Assembly (NCBI GenBank): GCA_965226055.1
Contig: CBDDCA010000004.1
Location: 32,001 to 96,000 of the forward strand
Source of the DNA: Spirochaetia bacterium
GTDB lineage: Bacteria > Spirochaetota > Spirochaetia > WTKD01 > G963693115
Direction: 5' to 3'
DNA length: 64,000 nucleotides
Shown here: piece after piece, positions 60,554-64,000 of the stretch
Position numbering within the stretch: position 1 is the first letter of the stretch
Layout: each line of letters starts with the position of its first letter
Notes under the pieces: generated by a model
What the model was told of the DNA's origin: nothing
The model's input: only the letters and a program-made list of their open reading frames with translations
The model's database searches: none
Program-made: the position numbers and the translations under genes

Positions 60554-62389
60554 GTGATAATGGACATAAATCCACAAAACCAAAGTATCAAAGAATGTTT
60601 AGGAAAAACTTATAGGATTGATTTTTATCAGAGAGAATATGTTTGGAATAAGAAAACTGTCGAAATTTTGCTGAATGATGTTTTTTATCAATTTGAATTA
60701 TCGTATGAAGAGCATAAAGGTAAAGAGATTGAATCTAAGACAATGAGTGAGTATAATTGGTACTATTTGAGTACTTATGTCACAAATAGGATTAAAGGTG
60801 AAGAATATATTGTTGATGGGCAGCAAAGGTTAACGACATTATCAATTATTGCGATAAAGCTCTATCATTTAACACAAGATGAAAAATTAAAGAACTTTCT
60901 ATCAGGTTTGATTAGAGGGCATGATCCATATGAAGGAGATATTTTTTGGATCGATCATAAAAAAAGAAAAGAAGTGATGACTGCTTTAATGAAGGATGAT
61001 ACTTCAAAGGAATTTATGGATATTACCAGTAAAAATATACATGATAGATATAAAGAAATTTCATTTTATTTTGATAAGAAAGCATTGGATGATAAAAAAC
61101 TAAAATCTTTTATTCATTATTTTTTAGAGAGATTGGTGTTGGTTGAATTAGAAATACAACAAGATGATACCCCTATGATATTTGAAGTTATTAATGATAG
61201 AGGGGTAGCATTAAACCCTTTTGAGATTCTCAAAGGAAAATTGTTAGGAGCGTTGGAAAAGGATGATATTGAAGAATATAATAAAAGTTGGGAACACGCT
61301 ATTGCAATAATAAAAGGGAAAGAAGATGATTTTTTTAGGAATTATCTCAAGGCAAAATTTACTTCTAATAGAGCTAGTGATATAGTAAAAAGAATTAATA
61401 ACGATTACCATAGATATATTTTTGAAAATAATGAAATTGCTAAAAATCTAGGATTTAGAAAAACAGATGAAGAGCATAAAGGCAACATAAAAGAATTTAT
61501 TGAAAAAAATATGAGCTACTATACTGCATTATATAAGAAGATCATAGAAAATACAGATAATAACGAATACCTAATATACAATCATGATATTAATGGTTTA
61601 TCAGGTCAATATCAAAATATTATGGCAGCTTGTGAAATTGACGATAGGCAAGAACAAGAAAAAATTGAAGCCATAGCTAAAGAAGTAGATAGGCTTTTTA
61701 TATTACTCCATTTAAATAATATTCATGAGAGTAATGATTTTAAAGATATATCATTTAGTATGAATAAAGCTGTTAAAGAAAAGCCTATCTCTAAATATAG
61801 AGAAATTTTTAATGAAACAATACATGAACGCATTAGAGAAAAGTACCCATTATCAAATTCATCTGAATTATTGAGTTATTCTATATTTAGGAAACAAGGA
61901 TATGATACATTAAATATAAGAGTACTCAGATATATATTAGCAAGAATTGAGGAATATATTTGCAAAAATTCAAAGATAAATATGCAAACAAATATTTTTC
62001 ATCTTTCTACAGGAACAAGAAGTTCTTACAGTAATTATCACATTGAATATATTTTTGCTGATAATGAAGAAAATAGAATATATTTTGATTCAGAAGATAG
62101 TTTTTGGGAAGAAAGAAATCGTTTAGGAGCTTTGTTACTCTTAAAAGGGAAAGATAATCAAAGTTCTGGGAATGAAAAGTATAAAGATAAGCTAAAAACA
62201 TATAGTAATGGTTTAATGCTATGTAGAACCTTAACACAAGATTGTTATAAATCAAACCTTGATTTTACAAAGTGGAATGACACTTTAGAAGAGCCATTTA
62301 AGCCTATTGATGAATTTAATCTAGATGCGCTGGAGCATAGAAGCAAAGTTTTACATACTCTTGTAAAGCGTATATGGGAAGTAGATTAA
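60554..62389 (+). CDS. DUF262-DUF1524 protein (GmrSD-like type IV restriction family)
   Basis: YQREYVW, IVDGQQRLTT, FEVINDRG; C-terminal IEYI...NRLGALLLL...NQSSGN. Confidence 0.88.
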   Translation: MIMDINPQNQSIKECLGKTYRIDFYQREYVWNKKTVEILLNDVFYQFELSYEEHKGKEIESKTMSEYNWYYLSTYVTNRIKGEEYIVDGQQRLTTLSIIAIKLYHLTQDEKLKNFLSGLIRGHDPYEGDIFWIDHKKRKEVMTALMKDDTSKEFMDITSKNIHDRYKEISFYFDKKALDDKKLKSFIHYFLERLVLVELEIQQDDTPMIFEVINDRGVALNPFEILKGKLLGALEKDDIEEYNKSWEHAIAIIKGKEDDFFRNYLKAKFTSNRASDIVKRINNDYHRYIFENNEIAKNLGFRKTDEEHKGNIKEFIEKNMSYYTALYKKIIENTDNNEYLIYNHDINGLSGQYQNIMAACEIDDRQEQEKIEAIAKEVDRLFILLHLNNIHESNDFKDISFSMNKAVKEKPISKYREIFNETIHERIREKYPLSNSSELLSYSIFRKQGYDTLNIRVLRYILARIEEYICKNSKINMQTNIFHLSTGTRSSYSNYHIEYIFADNEENRIYFDSEDSFWEERNRLGALLLLKGKDNQSSGNEKYKDKLKTYSNGLMLCRTLTQDCYKSNLDFTKWNDTLEEPFKPIDEFNLDALEHRSKVLHTLVKRIWEVD

Positions 62390-62481
62390 ATTAGAGTTTC
62401 TCACCACTACCGAAAAGGAAAGAAATACAAAAAAGTAATGATAGAAGCATTGTGGAGAGGTGATAATGAAGTGCTATTTGT

Positions 62482-63006
62482 TTATGTTTCTTGTTGTGTA
62501 CTATTAGTTTGCGGGCTAATATTTTGTGTGCTGTTAGTTTGTGTGCTAGTATTTTGCGTGATGTGGGATATTTCTTGAATAAACTGCTCTACACTTTCAA
62601 AATTTTTATATACTGACAAGAATCGAAGGTATGCAACGATATCAATTTTTTGTAACTTTTCTAGTAGTATTGTTCCTAAAAAAGATGAGGCTATTTCATG
62701 TTGACTTCCTGCATGTGTTTGTGCCATTTCTTCTATAGAGTCTAATAGTGAAATGACTGTCTCTACAGGAACAGGCCGTTTTCTTATAGCTAACTCAATG
62801 CTTTGTCGTAATTTTTCTCTATCAAAGACTTGTCTTACATGGTTTTTCTTTACTACTATGAGGGGATTTTCGTCTATTCTTTCGTAAGAGGTAAAACGAT
62901 GCCCACAGGAAAGACATGCTCTGCGTCTACGGATAATTGCTCCATTTGCTAAATCACGCGTTTCTAATACTTTATCTTCACTATTATGACAGCGACTACA
63001 TTTCAT
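62482..63006 (-). CDS. nrdR: Transcriptional repressor NrdR
   Basis: MKCSRC, IRRRRACLSCGHRFTSYE, ATP-cone, VAYLRFLSVY. Confidence 0.95.
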   Translation of the reverse strand: MKCSRCHNSEDKVLETRDLANGAIIRRRRACLSCGHRFTSYERIDENPLIVVKKNHVRQVFDREKLRQSIELAIRKRPVPVETVISLLDSIEEMAQTHAGSQHEIASSFLGTILLEKLQKIDIVAYLRFLSVYKNFESVEQFIQEISHITQNTSTQTNSTQNISPQTNSTQQET

Positions 63007-63031
63007 AAGCTATACTCATATTTTTTGTATA

Positions 63032-64000
63032 CTATATATCATTATACAATAGACGAAGATTCTCGATGGTAAGATGCTGGTGTAAAATTTTATAGAATAT
63101 AGCATATGGCTTTTTGTTCTTATGTTTTTTAGGAGAGTTAATATGCTTTAGTATAGTTTCAAATGACTGAAGAAAGGCTTGTGTTCCATAATGTTTAGAA
63201 ATTACTTGTAATGCAATTTTTCTTAAGCTAGGATTGTTTTTGTGTTTGTTGTTACGTGAATAATCTAATGCTGTGTTACGTTTATTTCGAGAAGATACTG
63301 TTGCATTGCTTCTATACTTTTCAATGATGTTTCTGCTAGGGGCAAATAATACAAGGGTATCATATATTTTTTGTAATAGTTTTATGTTTGCATATGTAAT
63401 ATCTCTTCTAAATGTATCAAAATTCTTAAGAAGATATTCTTGTATAGCTGTACTAAGAAATGAAAAATCTATGGTATTTTTTTTTAGTATACTATCAATA
63501 GAGGCAATTAAAGATTCTTTTGTAGCTTCATCAACTATATCAGGAAGCATATCAATTTTAGTTTTATAAGAAAAATGTAACACATTATCAGAAATAATAC
63601 TAGGTAATGACTGAATGATATGCTGAGGAATAGTAATACTTTTATACCATGTTGATGGCCAATATAAAGAAAAGATATATTCAAATTGTTTTGTTTGTGC
63701 AATACTCCTTGCAACTAAAGGGGAGTTATACAACACAGAATCTAAGTAGCTAAATCCAAACCCTTCAAGTACAGAGCTTGAAATAATAGCATCGCTGTAG
63801 CTACAAATTTCTTGAAAGCTAAAGGGGCATTTTTTTTGTGTTCCTAAAGAGAATATTCCCGGCACTTTTCCTGTATGTATCAGTCTTTCTATAATAGTGG
63901 AGTATGGGCGTTCTTGCTCTGATTCTCCGGGCAGAGTGATGTTGACTACACAAGGGATGGCAAAGCGAGCTTCAAACATTTTTGTGATGAGCATTGCTTC
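63032..64000 (-). CDS. Glycosyltransferase family 1/4-like protein, 3' part (runs off window)
   Basis: SDAIISSSVLEGFGFSYLDS (ExFG motif); frame is open to the window edge. Confidence 0.6.
   Translation of the reverse strand, partial: EAMLITKMFEARFAIPCVVNITLPGESEQERPYSTIIERLIHTGKVPGIFSLGTQKKCPFSFQEICSYSDAIISSSVLEGFGFSYLDSVLYNSPLVARSIAQTKQFEYIFSLYWPSTWYKSITIPQHIIQSLPSIISDNVLHFSYKTKIDMLPDIVDEATKESLIASIDSILKKNTIDFSFLSTAIQEYLLKNFDTFRRDITYANIKLLQKIYDTLVLFAPSRNIIEKYRSNATVSSRNKRNTALDYSRNNKHKNNPSLRKIALQVISKHYGTQAFLQSFETILKHINSPKKHKNKKPYAIFYKILHQHLTIENLRLLYNDI

Overview
AT-rich bacterial chromosomal window, most likely from a spirochaete. Support: class I LysRS, a BMP-family nucleoside ABC system, 'FAGGxxE'-type solute-binding leaders, RpoB with Asn at the E. 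coli S531 position, and a DUF285/BspA surface lipoprotein. The backbone holds housekeeping genes (msrA, hisI, rlpA, lysS, rpiA, era, clpP, tRNA-Thr/tRNA-Trp-secE-nusG-rplKAJL-rpoBC, nrdR) and a 10-gene TRAP/DhaKL/PdxA/RpiB sugar-acid catabolic operon. It is interrupted by many small accessory islets: an orphan C-protein-like HTH, an SF1 helicase-PLD nuclease (Mokosh type II-like), a DUF4268 nuclease, a Panacea antitoxin paired with a class III nucleotide cyclase, an IS481-like element, an HsdS remnant and a GmrSD-like DUF262-DUF1524 gene. Four observations stand out. (1) A two-gene convergent module (3-TM protein facing a 50-aa peptide with motif SFxxSKYMxAQE) occurs twice; the second peptide copy is missing from the ORF track. 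(2) The Panacea-cyclase pair is a candidate toxin-antitoxin/defence system. (3) A ~2550-aa repeat lipoprotein has a G15 tract in its signal peptide (currently out of frame) and a T20 tract upstream of its -35. (4) LysRS carries a 68-aa tandem duplication. All calls are by eye from motifs; no database searches were run.
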